Positions 25,979 to 33,956 of a DNA stretch of 40,123 nt are shown piece by piece. This stretch comes from a virus (lineage: Duplodnaviria; Caudoviricetes). The notes beneath the pieces are model-generated. The model was not told where the DNA came from and did not search any database. It worked only from the letters and a program-made list of their open reading frames with translations. Numbering within the stretch: position 1 is the first letter of the stretch; each line of letters opens with the position of its first letter. Both the position numbers and the translations under genes were made by a program. Location: IMG/VR virus record IMGVR_UViG_3300011443_000030, positions 1-40,123 of that record; one strand, given 5' to 3'.

Positions 25979-27141
25979 TACAATTCTCAAAGACATATCA
26001 CGACATCTTCGATGTATTCCTGCCATCAGGAAAACGAATCTGTTTGAACCAGGGTGGTACCCGTTCAGGGAAAACTTTCTCAACGGAACAGGCGCTGATT
26101 GAGACTGCAATCCGTGGAGCGGCGCTGGACATGGAAGGACTGGTGGTAAGTACGGTACGTAAAACATTCCCTGCACTACGCGCATCATCATACCGGGATT
26201 TTGTGACTATCCTAAAGCGGATCAACATGTACAACGTGAAGGATCACAACCGGTCTGATCACGAGTACCACCTCGGCAACTCACTGTTTGAATTCTTCTC
26301 CGTTGATCAATCTGAAAAAGTTAAAGGCCGTGAGCGCGATATCCTCTACGTGAACGAGGTGAATGAACTTACAATGGAAGATTGGCGCCAGCTGTTACTT
26401 CGGACCAAGGGAAAGATCATTGCTGACTTCAACCCTTCAGATGAAATACACTGGATTTACGATGAGATCATGACTCGTGAAGACTGCATAACATTCATCA
26501 CTACGTACAAGGATAATCCACACCTGCCACCGGAACTGATCGCGGAGATCGAGCGGTATGAAGATATTGATGAGAATTACTGGAACGTGTACGGACTCGG
26601 CCTGCGTGGTGTTTCCGGTACCACCGTTTACAGAAACTGGCAGCTTGTAGATTCAATTCCTGATGGTGGTGAGCGGCACTTCGGTTTGGACTTCGGATTC
26701 AACAATCCTTCCTCGCTGATCCTTGTGGTGAAACGCGATGAAGGAATTTACCTGGACGAGTGGCTGTATGAATCCTACCTGACCACTCCGGATCTAATCC
26801 GCAAGATGAAAGAAATGTCGATCGGTAAAACGCCGGTAAAGTGTGACCATGAACTGGACCGGATCGAAGAGTTGAAACGTGCCGGCTTCAATGCTTCACC
26901 AGGTAAGAAGGACGTGAAGGAAGGAATCGACAAACTCAAATCGGTTAAGGTGTTTCTCACTAAGCGATCTGTGAACCTGGATAAGGAGCGCAAAACCTAC
27001 AAGTGGAAAGTGGATTCATCCGGCCGTGTTCTGGATGAACCGGTGAAGCTGCATGATCACGCAATGGATGCCTCACGGTACGGAGCATACGAATTGATCA
27101 AGGATAGAAAAATTGTTGCCCGTCCTGCACAGCTAGTTTAA
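25975..27141 (+). CDS. terL: Terminase large subunit (PBSX/SPP1-like)
   Basis: QGGTRSGKT, YVNEVNE, DFNP, TYKDNP, GLDFGFNNP, HDHAMDASRY. Confidence 0.93.
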   Translation: MIQFSKTYHDIFDVFLPSGKRICLNQGGTRSGKTFSTEQALIETAIRGAALDMEGLVVSTVRKTFPALRASSYRDFVTILKRINMYNVKDHNRSDHEYHLGNSLFEFFSVDQSEKVKGRERDILYVNEVNELTMEDWRQLLLRTKGKIIADFNPSDEIHWIYDEIMTREDCITFITTYKDNPHLPPELIAEIERYEDIDENYWNVYGLGLRGVSGTTVYRNWQLVDSIPDGGERHFGLDFGFNNPSSLILVVKRDEGIYLDEWLYESYLTTPDLIRKMKEMSIGKTPVKCDHELDRIEELKRAGFNASPGKKDVKEGIDKLKSVKVFLTKRSVNLDKERKTYKWKVDSSGRVLDEPVKLHDHAMDASRYGAYELIKDRKIVARPAQLV

Positions 27142-27142
27142 A

Positions 27143-27433
27143 ATGGCAATCGAAAAAGTAAAATACATCTGCTACCTGGTAAGCAAAAAGGCTGGTGTGC
27201 AAACCATCGGAGTGGTCAGAGAAACAGAAACTATGATGCACGTTCATTTCCTTACCCGCAATTGCACCAGCGAGGTAATACCTTACCGGGTGGATGGGGA
27301 AGCATCTATGCACAAGGTATCATTCCAAGTGAAAAATTACGAGGCCGCTTTCTCTGAAAAAGAAGCTGTTGAAATACAACAACAGGTTTTTGAAGATAGC
27401 CAAAAAATGAGTAAATTACTTGCTGATGATTGA
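27143..27433 (+). CDS. Hypothetical protein
   Basis: ORF directly after terL. Confidence 0.55.
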   Translation: MAIEKVKYICYLVSKKAGVQTIGVVRETETMMHVHFLTRNCTSEVIPYRVDGEASMHKVSFQVKNYEAAFSEKEAVEIQQQVFEDSQKMSKLLADD

Positions 27434-27447
27434 AATAAAAAATTAGC

Positions 27448-27609
27448 ATGAAGCAGAACAAAGTAATGGGAATCAAAAAGGAGTATGCAGTGTTGTGGAC
27501 CAACATTGCCGACCGGATCATGTACGATCACATGCGTGTGGTTGATGCACAGAAGTTCTTGAAACAAGCCCTTGCAGACGGCAGGGCAAAACTCATGAAA
27601 GTATTATGA
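27448..27609 (+). CDS. Hypothetical protein (53 aa; not in ORF track)
   Basis: MKQNKVMGIKKEYAVLW...; stop overlaps the next ATG. Confidence 0.5.
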   Translation: MKQNKVMGIKKEYAVLWTNIADRIMYDHMRVVDAQKFLKQALADGRAKLMKVL

Positions 27610-27827
27610 TGGTATCAAAATCAATATTCAGCTTGCTGCGTTCGCTCTGGTACAAGATGCGCTGGCACACCAAGGAAAAGTATGTTGCTGAACAAACCAT
27701 GCGCACGCACCTGAAAGCAATGATGAAAGGTGGCACGATGCACGAACTTGGTGGACGGCTCCGTTTGAGGCAGCAGCTGGGAAAGATGAAGCACGAACGC
27801 AAAACCAAAATGACAGTTCAGAAATGA
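27606..27827 (+). CDS. Basic hypothetical protein
   Basis: ATGA-coupled at both ends. Confidence 0.5.
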   Translation: MMVSKSIFSLLRSLWYKMRWHTKEKYVAEQTMRTHLKAMMKGGTMHELGGRLRLRQQLGKMKHERKTKMTVQK

Positions 27828-28507
27828 TCCCATTAACCATCACCGAAAAGAAAGGTAAGAAAACCACTGAGCGCACGATCCTGATTCCCTGCCTGTGGAG
27901 TGAGGTCACCCTGGGGCAGTTCATGTACATCGTGCAGGAAAAGGAGCTCGACGCGGTGAAACTGCTTGCGTGCCTATCCGGTTTATCGGAAGAATACCTG
28001 ATGAATGTTCCTGCGTCTTCACTGAGCGTTGCAGCGAACTATGTTTTCTTCATGAAAGAAGTTCCGGACTTCACCTCGTGGAAGCTGCCTGAAAAGATCA
28101 CCATCGACGGAGTTGTGTGCAATGTCCCCAAAGATATCCGTACCGAAACATTCGGACAAAAGATTTACCTGCATGAGGAAATGAACCGTGTGATAACGGC
28201 TGAGAAAAAGAACATCGATGCCATGCCGTATGCGCTTGCAACGTATTTCTACACGCAACTCACCGGTGATAAGAAATACACGCATGACAAAGTTATGAGC
28301 ATCATTCCCCGGGTTATGAACACCCTTGCAATGGAAGCGGTGCCAGTAGCTAATTTTTTTTTGATCAATTGGGTCAAATCTGTGGGGAGGAAAAATTATC
28401 GCTCACTCTTGAGCCAACTCAGGAGGAAAAGCATGCAGGAATTGATAACCTCGATCAGTACGGAATTGCAAACACCATCGATGCACTTGCACAGGGCAAT
28501 GTCTTAA
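27824..28507 (+). CDS. Tail assembly chaperone (gpG-like)
   Basis: WSEVTLGQF motif; ANFF encoded over a T9 slippery run. Confidence 0.65.
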   Translation: MIPLTITEKKGKKTTERTILIPCLWSEVTLGQFMYIVQEKELDAVKLLACLSGLSEEYLMNVPASSLSVAANYVFFMKEVPDFTSWKLPEKITIDGVVCNVPKDIRTETFGQKIYLHEEMNRVITAEKKNIDAMPYALATYFYTQLTGDKKYTHDKVMSIIPRVMNTLAMEAVPVANFFLINWVKSVGRKNYRSLLSQLRRKSMQELITSISTELQTPSMHLHRAMS

Positions 28508-28653
28508 AGTGGGATGATGTGCTTTACACTCCGTATTCGGATGTGTTTGTAAAGCTGATGATGAATAAAACACACACTGAAATCCGCAGAAGGATTGCAG
28601 CAAAACAAAAATCAGATCTGGAAGCGGCAAATAAGATAACCAGGTATAAATAA
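28360..28653 (+). CDS. -1 frameshift extension (gpGT-like)
   Basis: The -1 frame is open from the T-run; AGIDNL.QYG...IDALAQG...PY..VF; no ATG start of its own near the 5' end. Confidence 0.65.
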   Translation, partial: FDQLGQICGEEKLSLTLEPTQEEKHAGIDNLDQYGIANTIDALAQGNVLKWDDVLYTPYSDVFVKLMMNKTHTEIRRRIAAKQKSDLEAANKITRYK

Positions 28654-28659
28654 AAAATC

Positions 28660-28764
28660 ATGGAAAAAGAAACGGTTAATTTATGGGTTGGAGTGATCGC
28701 TGTCATATCAACGTTGCTCGTTGCCGGGTACTGCATTTATAAAATTGTTTGTTGGATAATTTAA
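28660..28764 (+). CDS. 34-aa single-TM peptide (not in ORF track)
   Basis: MEKETVNLWVGVIAVISTLLVAGYCIYKIVCWII, with an A-rich leader. Confidence 0.55.
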   Translation: MEKETVNLWVGVIAVISTLLVAGYCIYKIVCWII

Positions 28765-28773
28765 TAACAAGCC

Positions 28774-29253
28774 ATGCCCACTCAGGAAATACAAACCCAA
28801 ACATACGGACAGCTGAAGCTGCTGAATATTATTCGCAGCATCACTAACAGCATCGGAGAAAACCTTCCATTCGGTCACGGCATGCGTAGTTACGCAAACT
28901 TGGAAAGAAGGACAGGAATTCTGGAAAATGAAAAGCAGTTTCCGCGTGCGTACCTGTACCCTGTTTCCCTGGATGAAAAGTTTGATATCGCCGGTCAGCT
29001 TGATACCACCTACATCTGCACGATGGATTTTCTGACCCAATGCAAACTGAAAGATGATGAATCGGTAATTGAAACGGCGCTGACAGAAATGTTCCGGCTG
29101 TCGAGTGAGTTCCTGATTAAACTGAACGAACATCCCGATCGCCGCCAACTGGAAAACATTACACGCGAACCGAATTACTTTGTTTTCGATGCCAACCTGT
29201 GCGGATGGGTACTTCACTTTGAAATTAAAATCCACGAACCCAACATCTGCTGA
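28774..29253 (+). CDS. Tail terminator-like protein
   Basis: 159 aa, QFPRAYL and DANLCGW motifs, position in the tail module. Confidence 0.5.
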   Translation: MPTQEIQTQTYGQLKLLNIIRSITNSIGENLPFGHGMRSYANLERRTGILENEKQFPRAYLYPVSLDEKFDIAGQLDTTYICTMDFLTQCKLKDDESVIETALTEMFRLSSEFLIKLNEHPDRRQLENITREPNYFVFDANLCGWVLHFEIKIHEPNIC

Positions 29254-29774
29254 TGGCAATACTGCTTCACACTCGCCGGTTACTGGAAACATTCGGCACC
29301 AATGCTGTAAAGCAAATGGCAAAGAATGCAGCGCAGTATTCGGCAACGGGTAAAATGGCAAAGTCATTCCGGCACCAGGTGCATGGTGAAGGACTGACCA
29401 TTTACGGAATCGATTACTTGCAGTGGGCAGAAACTGGACGTGGAAAAACAAGGCGCGCAGGTGTACCAGGAGAACCAACGTTGCGGGAAACACTGATCGG
29501 ATGGCTGAAGATAAAAAGCATTCCACTGTGGCGCGATAAAAAGGGCAGGTTCATTCCACGTGCAACACAGGCGTTTCTGATTGCCCGTAAGATCCATCAA
29601 TCGGGTACGCTCCTTTTCCGGACCAAAGGATTCCGTGACATCTATACATCGGTGATCAATGACAAGTCCGTTAATAAATTAATTGAATCCGTCCAGGTAG
29701 ATTACGTAACACGCACCACCAGCGATATCATCAGTACACTCAACCAAATGTTTGAAAAGCAAAAAGCAGCATGA
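29253..29774 (+). CDS. Tail completion / virion morphogenesis protein
   Basis: ATGKMAKS, Y.QWAETGR, AFLIARKIHQSGT. Confidence 0.6.
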   Translation: MAILLHTRRLLETFGTNAVKQMAKNAAQYSATGKMAKSFRHQVHGEGLTIYGIDYLQWAETGRGKTRRAGVPGEPTLRETLIGWLKIKSIPLWRDKKGRFIPRATQAFLIARKIHQSGTLLFRTKGFRDIYTSVINDKSVNKLIESVQVDYVTRTTSDIISTLNQMFEKQKAA

Positions 29775-29995
29775 TGAAATTTATTAAACTTCATAGGGTG
29801 GAATATAACCAAAAGGGAGAATTCGATATGCTTATTGACATTGGTCAGATAAAATTTGCCTGTCGTAAAAGCAAGGGAAAATATTGTCCTTATGAAGTAA
29901 CAGAGATAATAACGCATTCAACCGAATCATTTGATGTTAAGGAAACCCCAACAGAAATCGAAAGACTAATTAAAAAATCCCAGGCACTGTCATGA
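29771..29995 (+). CDS. Small FlbD/SwrD-like protein
   Basis: FIKLHR...IDIGQI...TEI...VKETPTEIERLI resembles the FlbD pattern. Confidence 0.4.
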   Translation: MMKFIKLHRVEYNQKGEFDMLIDIGQIKFACRKSKGKYCPYEVTEIITHSTESFDVKETPTEIERLIKKSQALS

Positions 29996-31971
29996 GCATT
30001 GTTACTATAGGAACGCCGGCAGTAGAGCATTCAACGACCAACATCAGCAAATGGAGCGCGGTTCATAACGAAGTTTGTTACCGGTTTCGCCGTCAGGATT
30101 ATTCTGTCCTGGGTGGTACAGCTGGATCAGGAGGGCTACTTCGTCTTCAACTGCTGATTGATCAAACGGATGATCTTTCCATTGGCGACACGCTGTACTT
30201 ATCCAGCATCGATCGGACCGTTATTGTATCGCAGATTACAGATGCGTTTCCTTTCCGGTTCGTTGATGTGGATGTAATGCTTGCGGCATATCCGGCAGGA
30301 TCCGGAGCGGGGTGGGCTAACAATCATACGGCGCGAAAGAACTTTTTTATCGAAGCAAACATTCATGTATTCAACTATCAAACTTCCCTTAATGAAATTG
30401 CAGGTACGGTAAGACTGTACCCGAACAAACAGGGAGTTGCAAAGCTGATCATTGGACCCTGGCTTGAAAAATTCCTCACACGGAAAAACTTATTTGGTTA
30501 CGCTTCCCAGTATTACAACGATAAGGAAGCATGGGTAAAGTTCTATTTCTCGCACCGGTCCGTGTGGCGCGGTTATGAATCGGAATCGTTTTATGAAGAT
30601 CGGGTTAATCCATATCTGGGAGCGAACATCGTAACCAATTCCACATTCCTTACCGCGAACGGATCCTCCGGATGGGATTTGACCAACATGCTGTGGAGAA
30701 CTTCCGAAGACGTGGAAAAGAAGCACGGCAATATTCTAGAAGTACTATTGCCAGGTGTGTTAAAACCGGAAGCATCACTCCTTCCGACATATCCCACCGT
30801 AGCCGGCACCACATACCGGATAAAATTCAAGATCCTGGATGCAAAGACAACCGGCCATGCAGTTGGTACCACAATAAATTTCCGGTTCGGACTGGGTACA
30901 GCTGGGACCTCCGTCAATGAAATTGTTGGGCTGAATGGTATTTATCAATTTGATATGGTTGCGCCGTTTAATAATTCCTATCCCCAGTTTGATACTGATT
31001 CAGGTTATTGGGGAGCCATGGATAATATCTCCGTTCAGGAACTGTTCAGCGATGAATTGACCAACCCTCCACGATATTACTACGTAAATAAAGCTGCGCG
31101 TCAGCTGCAGAACGTTTACGGTTCCAACCAGGCAGAACACGTTACCTTTTACGACACGATCGCAGACGCAGCGAAAAGGGCAAAATTCATAAGCGATTTT
31201 GTTCAGCCTACCTGGTTCGCAGGGTACCCGTTTGATATTGCCATCCTCCTGGATGAATCACTGAAGAATGTTGAGATTACCCGCAAGGAGGATCTTCGAG
31301 ATATCAACAGTTCTTCCACTTCCATAAACAGCACTGTTTTAACTCCGGCCATCGATACCGGCGAACACCGGCTGATGCTTACCGGAGGATTCGCTTCCAC
31401 AGTCAAATCCCTTGACCTGTGGCTGGAAGTGGGTGCAGCTGGGGATGAGTTGTACGTTGATGATGAATATGTCGATGATGATTATGTTGAAGCAATCGAA
31501 GGACCGAGTGCAGAATCAGGAGAAGTAACCGAGCGGCGCAGGATCCGGATTAACCAATCCTGCTTTGACAATCATGTTTACCTGGCATGGAAAGGAGTTT
31601 ACGGAGGTTGGAATTATTACCTGTTTACCCGCCAGCAGACGTACGGCGTAGAAATTAAAAATGCGCAAGTTGCTTTTCCTTATGTGCCGGATCTGAATGT
31701 GGAGGAAAATAAATTCCTGATGTCCAATGACAGCGAACCGTTCATCACACTGGGGGCAAATAACATCGATCGCAATGATGTGACGGGATTAATGCGCATG
31801 CTGGAATCCGAACGGGTGACCATGTACATGGGGCTGGATTCGAACAACGCTCCCATCTGGCAGACCGTGATTGTTAAAACCGGATCATTTAAAGTTTACG
31901 ATTCCAAAGACAAGCGTCACGACATTGAATTCACTATTGAGCAACCTTCCCGATACACGCACAGGGCATGA
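29992..31971 (+). CDS. Tail tip protein (distal-tail-like) with an inserted carbohydrate-binding-like domain
   Basis: 659 aa; YLAWKGVYGGWNYYLF motif; internal jelly-roll-like segment (TVAGTTYRIKFKI...MDNISV). Confidence 0.55.
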   Translation: MSIVTIGTPAVEHSTTNISKWSAVHNEVCYRFRRQDYSVLGGTAGSGGLLRLQLLIDQTDDLSIGDTLYLSSIDRTVIVSQITDAFPFRFVDVDVMLAAYPAGSGAGWANNHTARKNFFIEANIHVFNYQTSLNEIAGTVRLYPNKQGVAKLIIGPWLEKFLTRKNLFGYASQYYNDKEAWVKFYFSHRSVWRGYESESFYEDRVNPYLGANIVTNSTFLTANGSSGWDLTNMLWRTSEDVEKKHGNILEVLLPGVLKPEASLLPTYPTVAGTTYRIKFKILDAKTTGHAVGTTINFRFGLGTAGTSVNEIVGLNGIYQFDMVAPFNNSYPQFDTDSGYWGAMDNISVQELFSDELTNPPRYYYVNKAARQLQNVYGSNQAEHVTFYDTIADAAKRAKFISDFVQPTWFAGYPFDIAILLDESLKNVEITRKEDLRDINSSSTSINSTVLTPAIDTGEHRLMLTGGFASTVKSLDLWLEVGAAGDELYVDDEYVDDDYVEAIEGPSAESGEVTERRRIRINQSCFDNHVYLAWKGVYGGWNYYLFTRQQTYGVEIKNAQVAFPYVPDLNVEENKFLMSNDSEPFITLGANNIDRNDVTGLMRMLESERVTMYMGLDSNNAPIWQTVIVKTGSFKVYDSKDKRHDIEFTIEQPSRYTHRA

Positions 31972-33956
31972 GCGATACCGTACTGTACATTGATGATGTT
32001 GCTGTTGATCTTGGTAAGGACACTGTTATTGGTATCACCAAACAGGTAAACAATATTGCGGAGCTGAAGGACCGCCAGGCAGATTATTCCACACAGTTTA
32101 AATTACCCGCAACCCGTACCAACCGGGAAATCATTAACGGCGCTAATATATTTCAGTCTTCCACCCGTACACAATACCGGAGATTGCCGGCGCGACTAAT
32201 TCAGAACGGCGCAGAAACATTAGGATATCTTGTAATTTCTTCCGCTTCTGATGACAGCTTTGAATCGGTATTCTATTCCGGGAACCTGAATTTCTTTTCC
32301 GTTATCCAGGGGAAAAAATTAACGGACCTGGATCTGTCTTCAGCTGAACACGCCTGGACCTGCCCGAATGTATTTGCATCACGACTTCACCAGTGGAACG
32401 TTGGTGGTTATATTTATCCGGTCGTTGATACGGTGAATGATGGTATCGAGTTTAATTATGTCGATACAGAAATAGATTTCCGCTGGCTGACTCCATGGCT
32501 GTTTGTGAAATTCATCTTCGCGAAAATATTCGAGGAAGCCGGATTCACTTTCGAAGGAGCATTTCTTTCCTCGCACCGGTTTGAGAATCTGATCACGCCG
32601 CTGGTGACCAATAAGGAAAGGATCATTTCGCCTATTGGATCAGGTTATGAAATAGCTGCAACTGCTTACTCATGGCCGGATGATGATATCGACAAGGATT
32701 ATGGGTACATAAAATTTTCCACAACAGTTACCGATCCACTTCTGCAAAATCAGATGTTCACGCATTCCGGTGTTGATTCTCCTACCAGGGGATTCCGTCC
32801 AGCGGTAAGCGGCACCTTTTCGTTTGATCTATTTCTGGATATCAACGTTCCCGAATTATTTATTGACCGGGTGGAAATTCAGATCCATGATGCGACTGTG
32901 GGATCAGAAGCGTTCTTGAGAACAGTTACAACATATACTCCCGGCAATTCCTTGTCTGTGATTAATGCTGTCGTCCATGTGAATGATATTGCGCTAACAA
33001 CGGATGAAGTAGTAATTGCAAAAATATTTATCAGTGACGACTATCCTTTATCCGGTGGATCAGTTGTGCCGAATCTTGTAAACTTCAACGCCGGCACCAG
33101 GCTGTTATTGACCCAGTCGGAGCGTGAGGTGATGCTTCCAGGTGACATCTTCAAAATACAGGGTAACCTGTACGACATGACTCAGACGGATTTCATCAAA
33201 GGAATCATGCAGCGGTTTTGCCTGACCTGTGACACCGATCCGTATTTGAACAGAGTACGGTTCTATCAGTTTTCAGAAGTGATTAACAATATTCCCAATG
33301 CCCGGGATTGGAGCCATAAAATAGCGCAGTCCAGTAAAGTTACTTTCCGGGATAATGCCTACGCACAAAAAAGTATGATGCGCTGGGAGCAGTCGCCTGA
33401 ATATCCTGAAATCACAGAGTGGGGAGATAGCAGCTTCAACATTGACGATGAGGTTCTGGAACTTCAGAAGGATGTACTCTCACTTCAATTTATCAGCAGC
33501 AAAAGAGTGATCCGGTTGTATGGCCGTTATATTCCATGCGTGGTTTTTCATGACGTAGAAAACCCTGAATTCGGAAAGTGGACGGAGAATCCTGGACCGA
33601 GAATGCTGATACTGGACCGGGAAAGCGCCACGACTCCAATAACATTACTGGATCCATTCTTTTCAACGCCGCAAACTTTTGTGACCGATATCCCCATGGC
33701 TTATTTCAAACACGACACTCTGAACGATCTTACCTGGGAAGATGGTATTGAAACGGATTATGCGGATCTGATAAGAGTTCTGCAGCTGTATAAAAAAACC
33801 ACCGAACAATTTTATTTAAAGTCAACTGATGTGCACAGTTTTGATTTCAGCATTCCGGTTTACATTGAAAAGTATGCGAGTTATTTCTATGTAAACAAGA
33901 TTTCAAATTTCGTTGAAGGTAAGGTAACAACCGTGGAATTAATAAAGTTAAACTGA
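31968..33956 (+). CDS. Tail hub/baseplate protein
   Basis: LYID..VDL, DYSTQFKLPATRTN, MTQTDFIKGI, DWSHK, YFYVNKI.NF. Confidence 0.65.
   Translation: MSDTVLYIDDVAVDLGKDTVIGITKQVNNIAELKDRQADYSTQFKLPATRTNREIINGANIFQSSTRTQYRRLPARLIQNGAETLGYLVISSASDDSFESVFYSGNLNFFSVIQGKKLTDLDLSSAEHAWTCPNVFASRLHQWNVGGYIYPVVDTVNDGIEFNYVDTEIDFRWLTPWLFVKFIFAKIFEEAGFTFEGAFLSSHRFENLITPLVTNKERIISPIGSGYEIAATAYSWPDDDIDKDYGYIKFSTTVTDPLLQNQMFTHSGVDSPTRGFRPAVSGTFSFDLFLDINVPELFIDRVEIQIHDATVGSEAFLRTVTTYTPGNSLSVINAVVHVNDIALTTDEVVIAKIFISDDYPLSGGSVVPNLVNFNAGTRLLLTQSEREVMLPGDIFKIQGNLYDMTQTDFIKGIMQRFCLTCDTDPYLNRVRFYQFSEVINNIPNARDWSHKIAQSSKVTFRDNAYAQKSMMRWEQSPEYPEITEWGDSSFNIDDEVLELQKDVLSLQFISSKRVIRLYGRYIPCVVFHDVENPEFGKWTENPGPRMLILDRESATTPITLLDPFFSTPQTFVTDIPMAYFKHDTLNDLTWEDGIETDYADLIRVLQLYKKTTEQFYLKSTDVHSFDFSIPVYIEKYASYFYVNKISNFVEGKVTTVELIKLN

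Noticed and set aside
28708-29526. 272-aa and other long minus-strand ORFs in the late and early operons
   Set aside because: Shadow frames of well-supported plus-strand genes, with no motifs.
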